Source: Methanoregulaceae archaeon UXB-2016 (GTDB lineage: Archaea > Halobacteriota > Methanomicrobia > Methanomicrobiales > Methanospirillaceae). Taken from it: 64,000 nt of DNA. Positions 29,067-38,437 of the stretch are shown piece by piece. The notes under the pieces are model-generated. The model ran no database searches and was not told the origin of the DNA. It saw nothing but the letters and a program-made list of their open reading frames with translations. Numbering within the stretch: the stretch's first letter is position 1; each line of letters begins with the position of its first letter. Both the position numbers and the translations under genes were made by a program. Location of the stretch: NCBI GenBank assembly GCA_004332335.1, contig SISS01000013.1, positions 2,804 to 66,803 on the forward strand, given 5' to 3'.

Positions 29067-29543
29067 ATGGAGATCGTCAAGATACCCCGGATGGAGAAGG
29101 CGGAGTACGACCACCTGATTGAGGAAGGCTATGTCTGCCGGATCGCGTTTCAGGGCGAGAAGTACCCGTACATCGCCCCGTTTCTCTACGTCTTCGACGG
29201 CCGGTTCCTTTACTTCCTCTCGACGAAGTACGGCAAGAAGCTCGAGTACTTCCGAAAGAGTCCGTATGTCTCGGTCGAGGTCGAACGGTACAGCTCGGAC
29301 CTCTCGAGTTACACCTTTGTGACCATGCAGGGGCGACTCGAGGAGGTCGAGGACTCGATCGAGAAGAAGCTGGTCCGGGAGCGCTTTGTGGACCTGATCG
29401 TCGGCCGGCACCTCTCGAACAACATCCTCGCGGCCCTCGGCCATTCGCCGCAGGACCCGCCCGAGGCGATCGCCAGGGAGGAGCGATCGCTCGTCTGGCG
29501 CCTGACCGGGGTCAAGGACCTCGTGGCGCTCAAGAACCTCTGA
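29067..29543 (+). CDS. Pyridoxamine 5'-phosphate oxidase-family (FMN-binding split-barrel) protein
   Basis: MEIVKIPRMEKAEYDHLIEEGYVCRIAF..PYIAPFLYVFDG.. is typical of the PNPOx-like family. Confidence 0.7.
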   Translation: MEIVKIPRMEKAEYDHLIEEGYVCRIAFQGEKYPYIAPFLYVFDGRFLYFLSTKYGKKLEYFRKSPYVSVEVERYSSDLSSYTFVTMQGRLEEVEDSIEKKLVRERFVDLIVGRHLSNNILAALGHSPQDPPEAIAREERSLVWRLTGVKDLVALKNL

Positions 29544-29558
29544 CCCCGTCCGATACCC

Positions 29559-29564
29559 TTTTTT
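29559..29564 (+). terminator. Oligo-T tract (T6) after the PNPOx-like gene
   Basis: The run CCCTTTTTTCG lies 16 nt after the stop. This is an archaeal-type oligo-T terminator. Confidence 0.4.
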
Positions 29565-29673
29565 CGTCCGGGCACCGACATAAACTGTTACATCGCGGAG
29601 ATCGCCCGCCGCCGGCGGGACCGGGTCAGTCTCTCAATCGGACCCGGGCGACTCCGCAGAACGGAGATTTCTC

Positions 29674-30183
29674 GTGGCCACGTCCGGTCTTGACAAGCTG
29701 CTAACCTGGGTCCTGCTGATCGCGGTCGTTGCCGCGATCGGGGTCGTGTTCTACCTGACCCAGGTCCCGCCCCGGGAGGAGCCGTTCACCGAGTTCTACC
29801 TCCTTGGCAACGATGGGATCGCCGAAGACTACTTCTACGACCTCCGCGTGGGGCGGGGCGAGCCCGTGATCATGGGGATCACGAACCACGAGGGAGGGCC
29901 GACGCCGTACGTGGTCGAGGTCTTTGCGGCCACGGAGACGATCAACAACGCGACCAACCGGTCGCAGGTCGTCTCGATGACCCGGCTCGGGACGGTGCCG
30001 ATCGAGCTCTCGAACGGCCAGACCTACGAACAGCCGTACCAGGTCGTGATCAACGAGAGGGGCCCGAACAAGCTCGAGTTCCTCCTCTTCAAGGCGGACG
30101 CGGTCCCGCCCGAGTCCGTCTCGGGCGCCGACCGGGTCAAGGCGGCCTATCGGAACGTCAACCTCTGGATCGCGGTGCACTGA
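29674..30183 (+). CDS. Membrane-anchored hypothetical protein (DUF1616-like)
   Basis: GTG start, one N-terminal TM helix, then a soluble domain (FTEFYLLGNDG..). The family assignment is from memory. Confidence 0.55.
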   Translation: MATSGLDKLLTWVLLIAVVAAIGVVFYLTQVPPREEPFTEFYLLGNDGIAEDYFYDLRVGRGEPVIMGITNHEGGPTPYVVEVFAATETINNATNRSQVVSMTRLGTVPIELSNGQTYEQPYQVVINERGPNKLEFLLFKADAVPPESVSGADRVKAAYRNVNLWIAVH

Positions 30184-30191
30184 CCGGGCGG

Positions 30192-30797
30192 TCAGCACCG
30201 CTCGATAAAGTTCCGGAGGATCCGGAGGCCGACCGCGCTGCTCTTTTCGGGGTGGAACTGGACACCCCAGGCATTTTTCGACCTCACGGTCGATGAGAAC
30301 GATCGGATGTACTCGGTCGAGCTGAGGCATTCGGCCGGGCCGGTGCGCGCGTAGAACGAGTGGACGAAGTAGACATACTCCTCGGGGGCGAGCCCGTCGA
30401 GGAGGGGGTCTTCGGCCTGCTCGATCCGGAGCGTGTTCCAGCCCATGTGCGGGACCTTGTACCCCGGCATGCGGGGGAAGGCGCAGACCTCGCCCGGAAC
30501 GAGCCCGAGGCCCCGGTGCCGCCCGTGCTCCTCCGACGACTCGAGGAGCATCTGCATCCCGAGGCAGATCCCGAGCACGGGCACGGTCTCGACCGCGGTC
30601 CTGATGCTCACCACGAGCGGCTGGAGCTGCGCCATCCCCTCGTGGAATGCGCCGACGCCGGGCAGCACGATCCGGTCGGCCGCGAGAACCTCCTCGGGGT
30701 CGGCCGTGAGCCGGACGAGCCCGCCCGCGCGCTCGAGCCCGCGGGAGACCGAGCGGAGGTTGCCGAGGCCGTAGTCAACGACCGCGACCCGCTCCAT
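30192..30797 (-). CDS. hisH: Imidazole glycerol phosphate synthase, glutamine amidotransferase subunit
   Basis: Catalytic Cys motif GICLGMQ and C-terminal GVQFHPEKS. Confidence 0.9.
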   Translation of the reverse strand: MERVAVVDYGLGNLRSVSRGLERAGGLVRLTADPEEVLAADRIVLPGVGAFHEGMAQLQPLVVSIRTAVETVPVLGICLGMQMLLESSEEHGRHRGLGLVPGEVCAFPRMPGYKVPHMGWNTLRIEQAEDPLLDGLAPEEYVYFVHSFYARTGPAECLSSTEYIRSFSSTVRSKNAWGVQFHPEKSSAVGLRILRNFIERC

Positions 30798-32184
30798 CCG
30801 TCCCGGCCCTCCGCCACTCTCCCCGGGTCACCCACTCCTCGGGGAGCCCCCGGTCCTGCTGCCACGCCCGGAGGCGCTCGTTCCATGCGGCCATCAGGGC
30901 CGGGTACTCCTTCTCGATCATCCTGAGCATCGAGAGGTCGCTCGACGGACAGATATAGCAGCCGATCCGATCGAGGCCCTGCTCGTAGAGCGGGTTGTAC
31001 GGCGCCTCCTCACGAAAGAGGTAGAGCCAGACGTGGAGCGCGGTCCAGGTGTGGATCGGAGCGGCCGAGAGCTGGACCGGGAGGGCGGGATTCCGCCAGA
31101 CCCGCCGGCTCTTGGCGCGCTTGGCCGACTCGTACTTCCGCTGCCCGATGAACGAGAGGCACTCGCCGAACCGCCCCCGGATCGCCTCGCCGATCGGGTC
31201 GAGCTTGCAGACCTTGCAGCACCAGCGCGCATCGACCGCGGGCGGCCCCTGCGCCGAGAAGGTCTCGTCGAAGACGGTCTTTCCCGAGGAGCGGACGACC
31301 TCCGTCCCATACCGGGCCGCGACGGTCTCGATGTTCTGGTAGGTCTCGGGGAACTCGAACCCGGTGTCGGCAAAGAGCAGCGGGACCGGGCCGAGCACTC
31401 GCTGGACCACCAGGAGCGTGACGAGGCTGTCCTTGCCCCCCGAGTACGAGACCGTGACCGGGAGGTCGGGGTTGGCCTCGACGAGCTCGCGCACGAAGAT
31501 GCCGGCCGTCGCCTCGTACCGGTCGAGCACGCGTACGTTCGCTCCGACCGCGTCCTCCCACGTGGCGGCGCCGGGCACGCAGAGGGCCTGCACGTTCCGC
31601 CTCGTCCGGACGACCGCGCCCCGAGTCATGGTCCGGGCTTCGTCCGCCGAGACGCGGGCGCGCCCGACTCCGATGACCGTGCGGTCGGGCGCGAGGATGA
31701 AGACCTCGTCGCCGGCCCGGACCGCGTCGTCGATCGCGCGGAGGCCCGGCGCGAGCAGGCTCGCGCCCTGGTCCCGGATCGAGGGGACGGCCCCCTCGTC
31801 CGCGATCACGTAGCGACGTGCCGGCTGCAGCACGGCCGCTGCCTCGACCCTGGGGATCGGCTCCCAGCGGTCCTCGTCGGGGATGTAGCGGATATGGCCG
31901 ACCACGGCCCCGCCGACCACGACCTCCTCCATCCGGTCGGGGTCGGGGACCTTGTTCAGGAGCGCGATCGCGCCCTCCGGGATGAGCGGCGCGCCGAAGT
32001 GTTCGCCGTAGATCCGGTTGACGAGCGCGATGTCGGACGCAAAGGCCGGGCGCGCGTCGCCGGGCGGAGTGACCGGGACCTCGCGCGTGGCGGCGCCGCA
32101 TCGGCCGCACCGCTCGTCGAGGACCGGAACGTGACAGGCGTCGCACCAGCGAAGATGGATCTTACCGAGGTAAAGGGGGCGCAT
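30775..32184 (-). CDS. Zn-ribbon plus PUA domain plus PAPS-reductase-like PP-loop ATPase
   Basis: The start is ATG 32184 (MRPLYLGKIHLRWCDACHVPVLDERCGRCG). The protein has a PUA-like middle region and the PP-loop SYSGGKDS. Confidence 0.75.
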   Translation of the reverse strand: MRPLYLGKIHLRWCDACHVPVLDERCGRCGAATREVPVTPPGDARPAFASDIALVNRIYGEHFGAPLIPEGAIALLNKVPDPDRMEEVVVGGAVVGHIRYIPDEDRWEPIPRVEAAAVLQPARRYVIADEGAVPSIRDQGASLLAPGLRAIDDAVRAGDEVFILAPDRTVIGVGRARVSADEARTMTRGAVVRTRRNVQALCVPGAATWEDAVGANVRVLDRYEATAGIFVRELVEANPDLPVTVSYSGGKDSLVTLLVVQRVLGPVPLLFADTGFEFPETYQNIETVAARYGTEVVRSSGKTVFDETFSAQGPPAVDARWCCKVCKLDPIGEAIRGRFGECLSFIGQRKYESAKRAKSRRVWRNPALPVQLSAAPIHTWTALHVWLYLFREEAPYNPLYEQGLDRIGCYICPSSDLSMLRMIEKEYPALMAAWNERLRAWQQDRGLPEEWVTRGEWRRAGTDGAGRGR

Positions 32185-32231
32185 GCAGGAAGAGATTGGA
32201 GAAAAGAGGGTAAAAAGGTCGGGATTGACCT

Positions 32232-32543
32232 TCAGTCGTACTCGCGCCAGGTGTGGCCGCACTTGACGCACCGGAAGAAGCGGACCTCGGACTCGTCGGC
32301 CGAGCGAAGCTGGCGCATCCACCAGAAGGCGAGGTTGTGGCTGCACTCGGGACACTTGGTCGCGATCGTCGGCTTGGTCGCGATCTCGTCACCCTCTTCG
32401 AAGAAGATGATCTCCTTCTCCTGCCGGAGAGAGGTCTTCTTCATCTGGTCCTTGTCGGTGATCTGCCGGATGTACCCACATCTCCGGCATTTGAGCTGGC
32501 CCGCCGAGGAGGTCATAAGGCTCTTGCACTGCGGACAGAACAT
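32232..32543 (-). CDS. tfs: Transcription factor S (RNA polymerase subunit M-like)
   Basis: 103 aa with two zinc ribbons (CPQC..CRRC and CPEC..CVKC) and the acidic loop RSADE. Confidence 0.9.
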   Translation of the reverse strand: MFCPQCKSLMTSSAGQLKCRRCGYIRQITDKDQMKKTSLRQEKEIIFFEEGDEIATKPTIATKCPECSHNLAFWWMRQLRSADESEVRFFRCVKCGHTWREYD

Positions 32544-32639
32544 CGGTTAAATCTTCGGGCCGAAAGGAGATTAAGCCTTCCGCCGGGGCCATCTGCCTCA
32601 AGAGAAATCCATAAGAGCGGCCGTCGTCGAGTCATACTG

Positions 32640-33473
32640 ATGATCGAGTACCTCGTCCTCGCCTCGGCCCTGGCGTTCGCCCTCTTCCTGGTGCCCGGCC
32701 CGCACCGACAGTTCGCAGGAAGCGCAGGCTGGGCCGGGATGGTGCTCGTGCTGGTCGCCCTCCTCCCCGAGTTTGCGGCCGAGAACAACTTCGTCTATCC
32801 GGCCATGACCGTGGCGGCCCTGCCCTTCCTCTGGATCACGGTCCGCCGGCTCCTCGCCCGTGACGCGACGGTCGAGGCCCTGACGCGCGGGGCCGCGATC
32901 GCGTTCGTGCTCTACGCCCCCTTCGCGTTCATCGAGCCCCTCGGGAACTGGCTGATCGGGGTCGTGGTCGGGCAGCTCGCCTGGCTCCTTGCCCAGACCG
33001 GGTTCGTCTTCGGCATGTGGGCCTGGAACACCCTGATCCACAACGGCTTCCGGGTCGAGATCATCCTCGCCTGCACGGGGATCCAGTCGATCGCGATCAT
33101 GCTCGGGGTCGCGTTCGCGGTCCCGGCGACCATTCGCGAGCGGGCGCTCGCATTCCTTGCCGTCGCCCCGGTGATCTACCTGCTGAACCTCCTCCGGAAC
33201 GTCTTCGTGGTGATCGCGTACACGGACCAGTGGTTCCCGTACCTCCCCGCCATCGCCGGCAACGGCGAGCTCGGGTACGAGTCGTTCTTCTGGGCGCACA
33301 ACGTCATCGCCGAGCTCGGTGCGCTCGTCGTCCTGATCATGATCGCCTGGGGTCTCTTCCGCCTGATCCCGGCCCTCGGCGACCTCGCGGCCGACCTCGT
33401 GGAGGTCTACCGCGGCGACCTCATGCGAGCCGTCGGTAGAGATACAGAACCCGCTGTGCGGCCGAGAGGTTAG
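32640..33473 (+). CDS. artA: Archaeosortase A
   Basis: The start is ATG 32640 (MIEYLVLAS..). It is a polytopic protein with the catalytic-Cys context ILACTGIQS, then LRNVF (Arg) and FFWAHNV (His). Confidence 0.8.
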   Translation: MIEYLVLASALAFALFLVPGPHRQFAGSAGWAGMVLVLVALLPEFAAENNFVYPAMTVAALPFLWITVRRLLARDATVEALTRGAAIAFVLYAPFAFIEPLGNWLIGVVVGQLAWLLAQTGFVFGMWAWNTLIHNGFRVEIILACTGIQSIAIMLGVAFAVPATIRERALAFLAVAPVIYLLNLLRNVFVVIAYTDQWFPYLPAIAGNGELGYESFFWAHNVIAELGALVVLIMIAWGLFRLIPALGDLAADLVEVYRGDLMRAVGRDTEPAVRPRG

Positions 33474-34071
33474 TGCAGACCGCGATCAGGACGATCGCGA
33501 CGCCCATCGCGACCGGCCCGACCAGGAGGTACGCGGCCCCGCCGAGGCAGAGGGAGAGCACCGTCTCGGGTCGGCCGAAGAACCCGACCCCCTCGAGCGG
33601 GTCCTGGATCTTGCCGCCCTCTCGCTCGACGTACCCGACCTCGGCGTAGACGACCGGCTTGATGAAGGTGTTCATGAGCGAACCGACGATCGCGAGCATC
33701 ACGAGCCCCGTATCGGCGACGTGCGGGACGGGAAGGACGGCCGAGACGATCGGGATCCCCGAGAGCCCGACCCCGAGGAGGGCCGCCGCGTCGACGTACT
33801 TGTCCACGATCCAGTCGAAGACCGCGCCGAAGCAGGAGTGGCTGTGGGTCAGGCGAGCGACCGATCCGTCCACGAGGTCGAGCACGGCCGAGACGAAGAG
33901 AAGGAGGGCGCCCGTGAAGAAGTGCTGTGTGGCAAAGAGCGCAGCGCAGGCGAAGCCCGCGAGCAGCGAGAGGAGCGAGAGCTGGTTCGGGGAGAGACGC
34001 AGGCGGACAAACCAGCCCGCGAGCGGTTCCAGGTACTGCCGGAACCTGGGCCGAAGCGCCGTAATATTCAC
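33421..34071 (-). CDS. CDP-alcohol phosphatidyltransferase (archaetidylserine-synthase-like)
   Basis: Perfect DxxDGxxARx8GxxxDxxxD motif: DLVDGSVARLTHSHSCFGAVFDWIVD. Confidence 0.85.
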   Translation of the reverse strand: MNITALRPRFRQYLEPLAGWFVRLRLSPNQLSLLSLLAGFACAALFATQHFFTGALLLFVSAVLDLVDGSVARLTHSHSCFGAVFDWIVDKYVDAAALLGVGLSGIPIVSAVLPVPHVADTGLVMLAIVGSLMNTFIKPVVYAEVGYVEREGGKIQDPLEGVGFFGRPETVLSLCLGGAAYLLVGPVAMGVAIVLIAVCTNLSAAQRVLYLYRRLA

Positions 34072-34213
34072 GTCCGATCTCCAAGGTCTCCGTAACGGAG
34101 ACTGTTCTTATATGCTCTGGCGGGGATGGGGATAAAGCCGAGGGTCGCACGGAGGCGCGACCGTTTCCCTTTTTATCCCTCCGGCGCGAATGCCTGATAT
34201 CAGGGAGTATACC

Positions 34214-34894
34214 ATGCCAGACGACCGCATTCGGCCGCACGTGCTGATGATGTCCGAGATCACGGCCGACGGGAAGCTGACCCTCAAGCGCGGGGCCTCG
34301 AGCAAACGCCTGATGAAGTACATGGCCCCCGAGACCGAGGTCCTCCTCCACGAGACCCGCGCCCGCTGCGACGCGATCATGGTCGGGTCGAACACGATCC
34401 GGATCGACAACTCCCACCTGACCGTCCGCTTTGTCGAGGGCAAGAGCCCGCTCAGGGTGATCCCCTCTTCGGATGCGACCCTGCCGCCCGATGCGAACGT
34501 GCTCGACCCCGAGGCCCCGACCGTGGTCGCGGTCTCCGAGCGGGCTCCGGCCGACCGCGTGGCCTTGCTCCGCGCCACCGGCGTGGACGTGGTCGTTGCC
34601 GGGGCCGACCGGGTCGACCTGCCCCTCCTGATGCGCCTGCTCGTGAAGGACTACGGGGTCTCCTCGTTGATGGTCGAGGGCGGTCCGACCCTGAACTGGC
34701 ACATGCTCCACCACCGGCTCGTGGACGAGATCCGGTTGATCCACCTGCCCTTCATCGTCGGGGGCGAGGATACCCCCTCGCTGGTCGGCGGCATGCGGAT
34801 CGACTCGGAGGAGGAGATGATCCGCCTCTCCCTCAAGGCCCACTACCTCTGCGGCACGAACCTCGTGACCGAGTACGACGTGCTCTATCCCTAG
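34214..34894 (+). CDS. 2,5-diamino-6-ribosylamino-4(3H)-pyrimidinone 5'-phosphate reductase (archaeal RibD-C type)
   Basis: RPHVLMMSEITADGKLTL..AIMVGSNTIRIDN..MVEGGPTLNW is a RibD C-terminal-type reductase. The start could be 34190 or 34214. Confidence 0.8.
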   Translation: MPDDRIRPHVLMMSEITADGKLTLKRGASSKRLMKYMAPETEVLLHETRARCDAIMVGSNTIRIDNSHLTVRFVEGKSPLRVIPSSDATLPPDANVLDPEAPTVVAVSERAPADRVALLRATGVDVVVAGADRVDLPLLMRLLVKDYGVSSLMVEGGPTLNWHMLHHRLVDEIRLIHLPFIVGGEDTPSLVGGMRIDSEEEMIRLSLKAHYLCGTNLVTEYDVLYP

Positions 34895-36162
34895 ACCATG
34901 CGAAGCGGGTCGGTCTTCATGAACTCGCGGCAAACTGTCGTCGCGTACTGACCCGGGCCGAGCGCGAACGCGAGCGTCAGGCTGTCCTCGCCGATCTCGC
35001 TCTCGATCGGGGCGACGAGTCGGATCGGGCGGACGGCCCCCGAGAACGGGGTGCCGACGATCACGGCGGCCCGCCCGAACCCAGCCTCATCGACCCCGTC
35101 CTCCTGCATCAGCCGCCGGATGACTCCGTCGGTCTCGCCCCGCTCCTCGAACGGGTCGCTGCCCGGGAGCGCGATCCCCACTTTTGCCCGCCCGCGGCGG
35201 ACGAGCTGCCGTGCCGGCCCGATCGAACGGCTCTCAACCACGTCGAGCCGGCCCCCGGCAAAGACGAGCCGGTCGCCGACCTCGGGCTCGTCGAGGGCCA
35301 GCCCGCGTTCGATCCTCGCCGAGAGGACGCGGTTGAAGAGGTGGGACTGGTACGCCGAGACGAGCATCGAGGCGAGCTTCGGCGGGAGAGCGCGAAGCGC
35401 CCCCTCGAAGTCGCCCGGGGTTCCGGCCAGGTGGTGGAGCATGGCCCGCTCGTACCGGAGGGGCACGGGATAGCGATGGAGCGCGGCCTTCGGATCGCGG
35501 TCGGCCATATACTCGTCCCGGGCCGTGCGGACGGGTTCGGCCTCGGTCGGGAACGAGAGGCCGATATACGCCGTGACCGCGCCCTCGACGTCCCCCGAGG
35601 CGAGAAGGCGGCCGACAACGTGGGTGACCGGCCGGACCACGCCGAAGCGCTGGAGCCCGACGTAGTTCGGGATGCCGCCCGCGACAGCTGCCATGGCGGC
35701 AGCGGTGCGTGCCTCGAGCTCCTCGGTCTCACAGTCGCGGACCACGAGCCGGAACCGGTTGCCGGCGAGGTCGCCGAGCGAGAAGGCCCGGTTCGCGTAC
35801 CCGAGGGGCTCGAGGGCAATGTCGGGGATCTGGATCGCCCGCACGGCCTCGTCGGTCACGCCGTAGAGCGCTATCAGCTGAGTCGTGACCGCGCGCCGGT
35901 CCTTGGTCCCGGCAAACGAACACCGGCGGTGGCTGACCCTCAGCTGGTTCGTGATCGCCCGGATCGCCTTGCCCTGCTCCCAGTTTCGCTTGGTGAGCCG
36001 GCAGATCACGTACGGCCCGCCGGTCAGCGGAGGCGGGGTCTCGCACTCCTCGACCCGGAAGTCCTCGGCCGAAGCCCGGAGTCGGCCGCCGACCCCTGGG
36101 GCCTCGTTCGCATACCAGCAGAGGCCGAGCGAACGTTCGACCGGTTCCTCGCAGGGGATCAT
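34891..36162 (-). CDS. truD: tRNA pseudouridine(13) synthase TruD/Pus7
   Basis: Catalytic motif FAGTKDRRAVTTQ. 423 aa. Confidence 0.88.
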   Translation of the reverse strand: MIPCEEPVERSLGLCWYANEAPGVGGRLRASAEDFRVEECETPPPLTGGPYVICRLTKRNWEQGKAIRAITNQLRVSHRRCSFAGTKDRRAVTTQLIALYGVTDEAVRAIQIPDIALEPLGYANRAFSLGDLAGNRFRLVVRDCETEELEARTAAAMAAVAGGIPNYVGLQRFGVVRPVTHVVGRLLASGDVEGAVTAYIGLSFPTEAEPVRTARDEYMADRDPKAALHRYPVPLRYERAMLHHLAGTPGDFEGALRALPPKLASMLVSAYQSHLFNRVLSARIERGLALDEPEVGDRLVFAGGRLDVVESRSIGPARQLVRRGRAKVGIALPGSDPFEERGETDGVIRRLMQEDGVDEAGFGRAAVIVGTPFSGAVRPIRLVAPIESEIGEDSLTLAFALGPGQYATTVCREFMKTDPLRMV

Positions 36163-36521
36163 AGGAGCGAGAGACCGCCCGTGACCCGGTCGAGGATCTC
36201 GGAGCGGGCCGGTCCGAGCCCGAGGGCCGTGATCGTGCCCGGCTCCACCTCGGTCATGCCCGCGTCCTGGATCAGGGCCGTCGAGATCCCCTGCCGCTCG
36301 GCGATCACCTTCAGCTCGTACAGCGCCTGGAGCGAGGGGGCCTTCAGCACCACCTTCTTCTGTCCCTCGGAGAGCCAGGCGCGCCGCTCCTCCTTACCCG
36401 CATGCTCGTAGGCCATGACCGCAGCGTGAGCGGCCTGGGCGCACCGCTTTCCGCAGGAGATCTTCAGATCCGCGCGGATCAGGAGGCACTGTTTGTACCG
36501 GAACTCGTCGTCTGGGGGCAT
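36159..36521 (-). CDS. pth2: Peptidyl-tRNA hydrolase, archaeal type
   Basis: The start is ATG 36521. KQCLLIRADLKISCGKRCAQAAHAAV.. is typical of Pth2. Confidence 0.88.
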   Translation of the reverse strand: MPPDDEFRYKQCLLIRADLKISCGKRCAQAAHAAVMAYEHAGKEERRAWLSEGQKKVVLKAPSLQALYELKVIAERQGISTALIQDAGMTEVEPGTITALGLGPARSEILDRVTGGLSLL

Positions 36522-36728
36522 CCGGTACCAGATCGCGTTCAAGCATGATAGCCCTGCCGCGGCAGGGCTCGCCGAAATCATTATTTGTATCCGTCACATT
36601 AGGGGGCATTGTAGCCTGAAAAAAGATCAAAAGAGATGAGAACGGATAGATCGGGCCCGCATGGGCCGGATCCGATTCGACCACACCGGCCCGGTGCAGA
36701 GGGCAACAGGCGACAAGGAGAGACGAGA

Positions 36729-37181
36729 ATGCAGCAGACGGCAATGAATGAGACGATCATCGATCACATCAAGAAGGACCACCAGAAGACCATGGAGCAC
36801 ATCGCAGAGCTCGAAAAGCGTGTCCAGGGGCGTCCGAGCTCGGACAATCCCGTCTTCGCACCGATGAAGAAGGAGCTTCTCGGCCACATGGCCGCCGAGG
36901 AGAAACTGCTCTACCCGCCCCTTGAGAAGGAGATGAAGCAGAAGATCCAGGACGCGATCAAAGAGCACAACGAGGTCCGGCAGCACCTCGAGCACCTTTC
37001 GGCCGGCACCATGCCTGAAGATGAGTGGGCGCGCCACCTCCAGATGATGAAGCAGGGAATCCAGCACCACGTGCAGGAGGAGGAGAGCGAGATCCTGCCG
37101 GCCGCGAGGAAGATGCTCGGCGAGGACAAGATCCGCGAGCTCGGGCCCCAGTTCGAGAGGATGGAGAAGGAGAACAAGTAG
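36729..37181 (+). CDS. Hemerythrin-domain protein
   Basis: The start is ATG 36729. His/Glu-rich four-helix pattern (IKKDHQK, HMAAEEKLLYP, IKEHNEV, QHHVQEEESEILP). Confidence 0.75.
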   Translation: MQQTAMNETIIDHIKKDHQKTMEHIAELEKRVQGRPSSDNPVFAPMKKELLGHMAAEEKLLYPPLEKEMKQKIQDAIKEHNEVRQHLEHLSAGTMPEDEWARHLQMMKQGIQHHVQEEESEILPAARKMLGEDKIRELGPQFERMEKENK

Positions 37182-37261
37182 GGTCGGCATTCACCGACCG
37201 AGCGGTACGACAGGTCCGGAAGAGCCGTCCTCCGAGACGCGCCGGACCCATCCATCCTCTT

Positions 37262-38182
37262 CTATTCCGTCTTCGGCCGGGCTTCGACCGGGGCTGGGAT
37301 CACGATCTGCGCCCGGCGATAGGTGCCGCGGAACCGGAGCCCCTCCTTGTGCATGGTCAGGGACGTCCGGAGGGCACGCCGGAGGTGGCTCTCGCCCCGT
37401 TCGTCGACGCCGCCCATCCGCGCCGCGCAGTCCGCGACCGCGTCGCCGATCGTGGGGTAGACCGCGGGCTCCCCGACCTCGGCATACGTGATCGTGAACG
37501 TGTACCCGAGGGACTCGAGGACCCGCGCCAGGCTCGACGCATAGGGCGGGTGTACATACGGCGCGCCGTGAACATCGGGCCAGAGCTCCGCGAGGAAGCG
37601 GATCTGGGGGGGCGGGCTCTCGGGCCAGAAGAGGTGGAGGGTCCCGCCGGTCAGGGCGAGCAGGCCCTCGATCGTCGACTCCACCTCCGGGGTGTAGAGT
37701 GCGGCCGAGCCGAGCACGAGGTCGAACGGTGCCGCCGGTGCGGCCACCCCGTACGGCCCGTCAAGGACCGTGACCGACTGCTCGACCCGCCTCTGCTTTG
37801 AGCAGGCGCGCAGGAACGAGGCGTAGCGTCGCGAGCGCGTGGTCACGGTCACGCGAACGCCGCGCCGGGCCATCAGGTACGGCAGAAGCGGCGTGCCCTC
37901 TACGATCAGGACCGATCGGCCCTTGAGATCGGCCTCGTCGTCGGTGATCTCGGCGAGATAGGCCCGGGCCTCCTCGATCGCCGGGAGCGAGTTGCGCGCG
38001 ATGTCTTCGAGCGCCGTCCCCGGCCGGAGAGGCAGGAGATGAGGCGTGGCCAGATGCTGGCGCATCCGTTCGGCCCAGGCCGTTGCGCATTCCGTCCTCG
38101 TGATGCTGTTGTTCAACTCGATCCCCCTCGGACGCAGGACCCGCGCCGGGTACGCCGTGAGCATGTATAGGACAATGGGCAA
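37262..38182 (-). CDS. Putative SAM-dependent methyltransferase-like protein
   Basis: 306-aa ORF with a Rossmann-like segment (GRSVLIVEGTP..FDLVLGSAALY). The assignment is weak and the start is uncertain. Confidence 0.45.
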   Translation of the reverse strand: MPIVLYMLTAYPARVLRPRGIELNNSITRTECATAWAERMRQHLATPHLLPLRPGTALEDIARNSLPAIEEARAYLAEITDDEADLKGRSVLIVEGTPLLPYLMARRGVRVTVTTRSRRYASFLRACSKQRRVEQSVTVLDGPYGVAAPAAPFDLVLGSAALYTPEVESTIEGLLALTGGTLHLFWPESPPPQIRFLAELWPDVHGAPYVHPPYASSLARVLESLGYTFTITYAEVGEPAVYPTIGDAVADCAARMGGVDERGESHLRRALRTSLTMHKEGLRFRGTYRRAQIVIPAPVEARPKTE

Positions 38183-38437
38183 GAAGAGGTTTCCGGACTA
38201 TCGGAGTAAACCGGAGGGAGCTGTCGGAGGCAGCCCCGTCGTCCGCCTCCTCACAGGGGCAGCCGGGAGCGTCCTACTGGGCAGCGGGTCCCTGTATCTC
38301 ACCATAGATGCGCTTGGATAACCTTGAAGTATCCGTGCACCAAGCTCACTCCAGGTGACCCCTATTCTATCCCCCGCGGTCAGTTCGACGTAACGGACGG
38401 TCCGACGCTGCGTCACGGGGGTCCGCCGGGCGACTTG

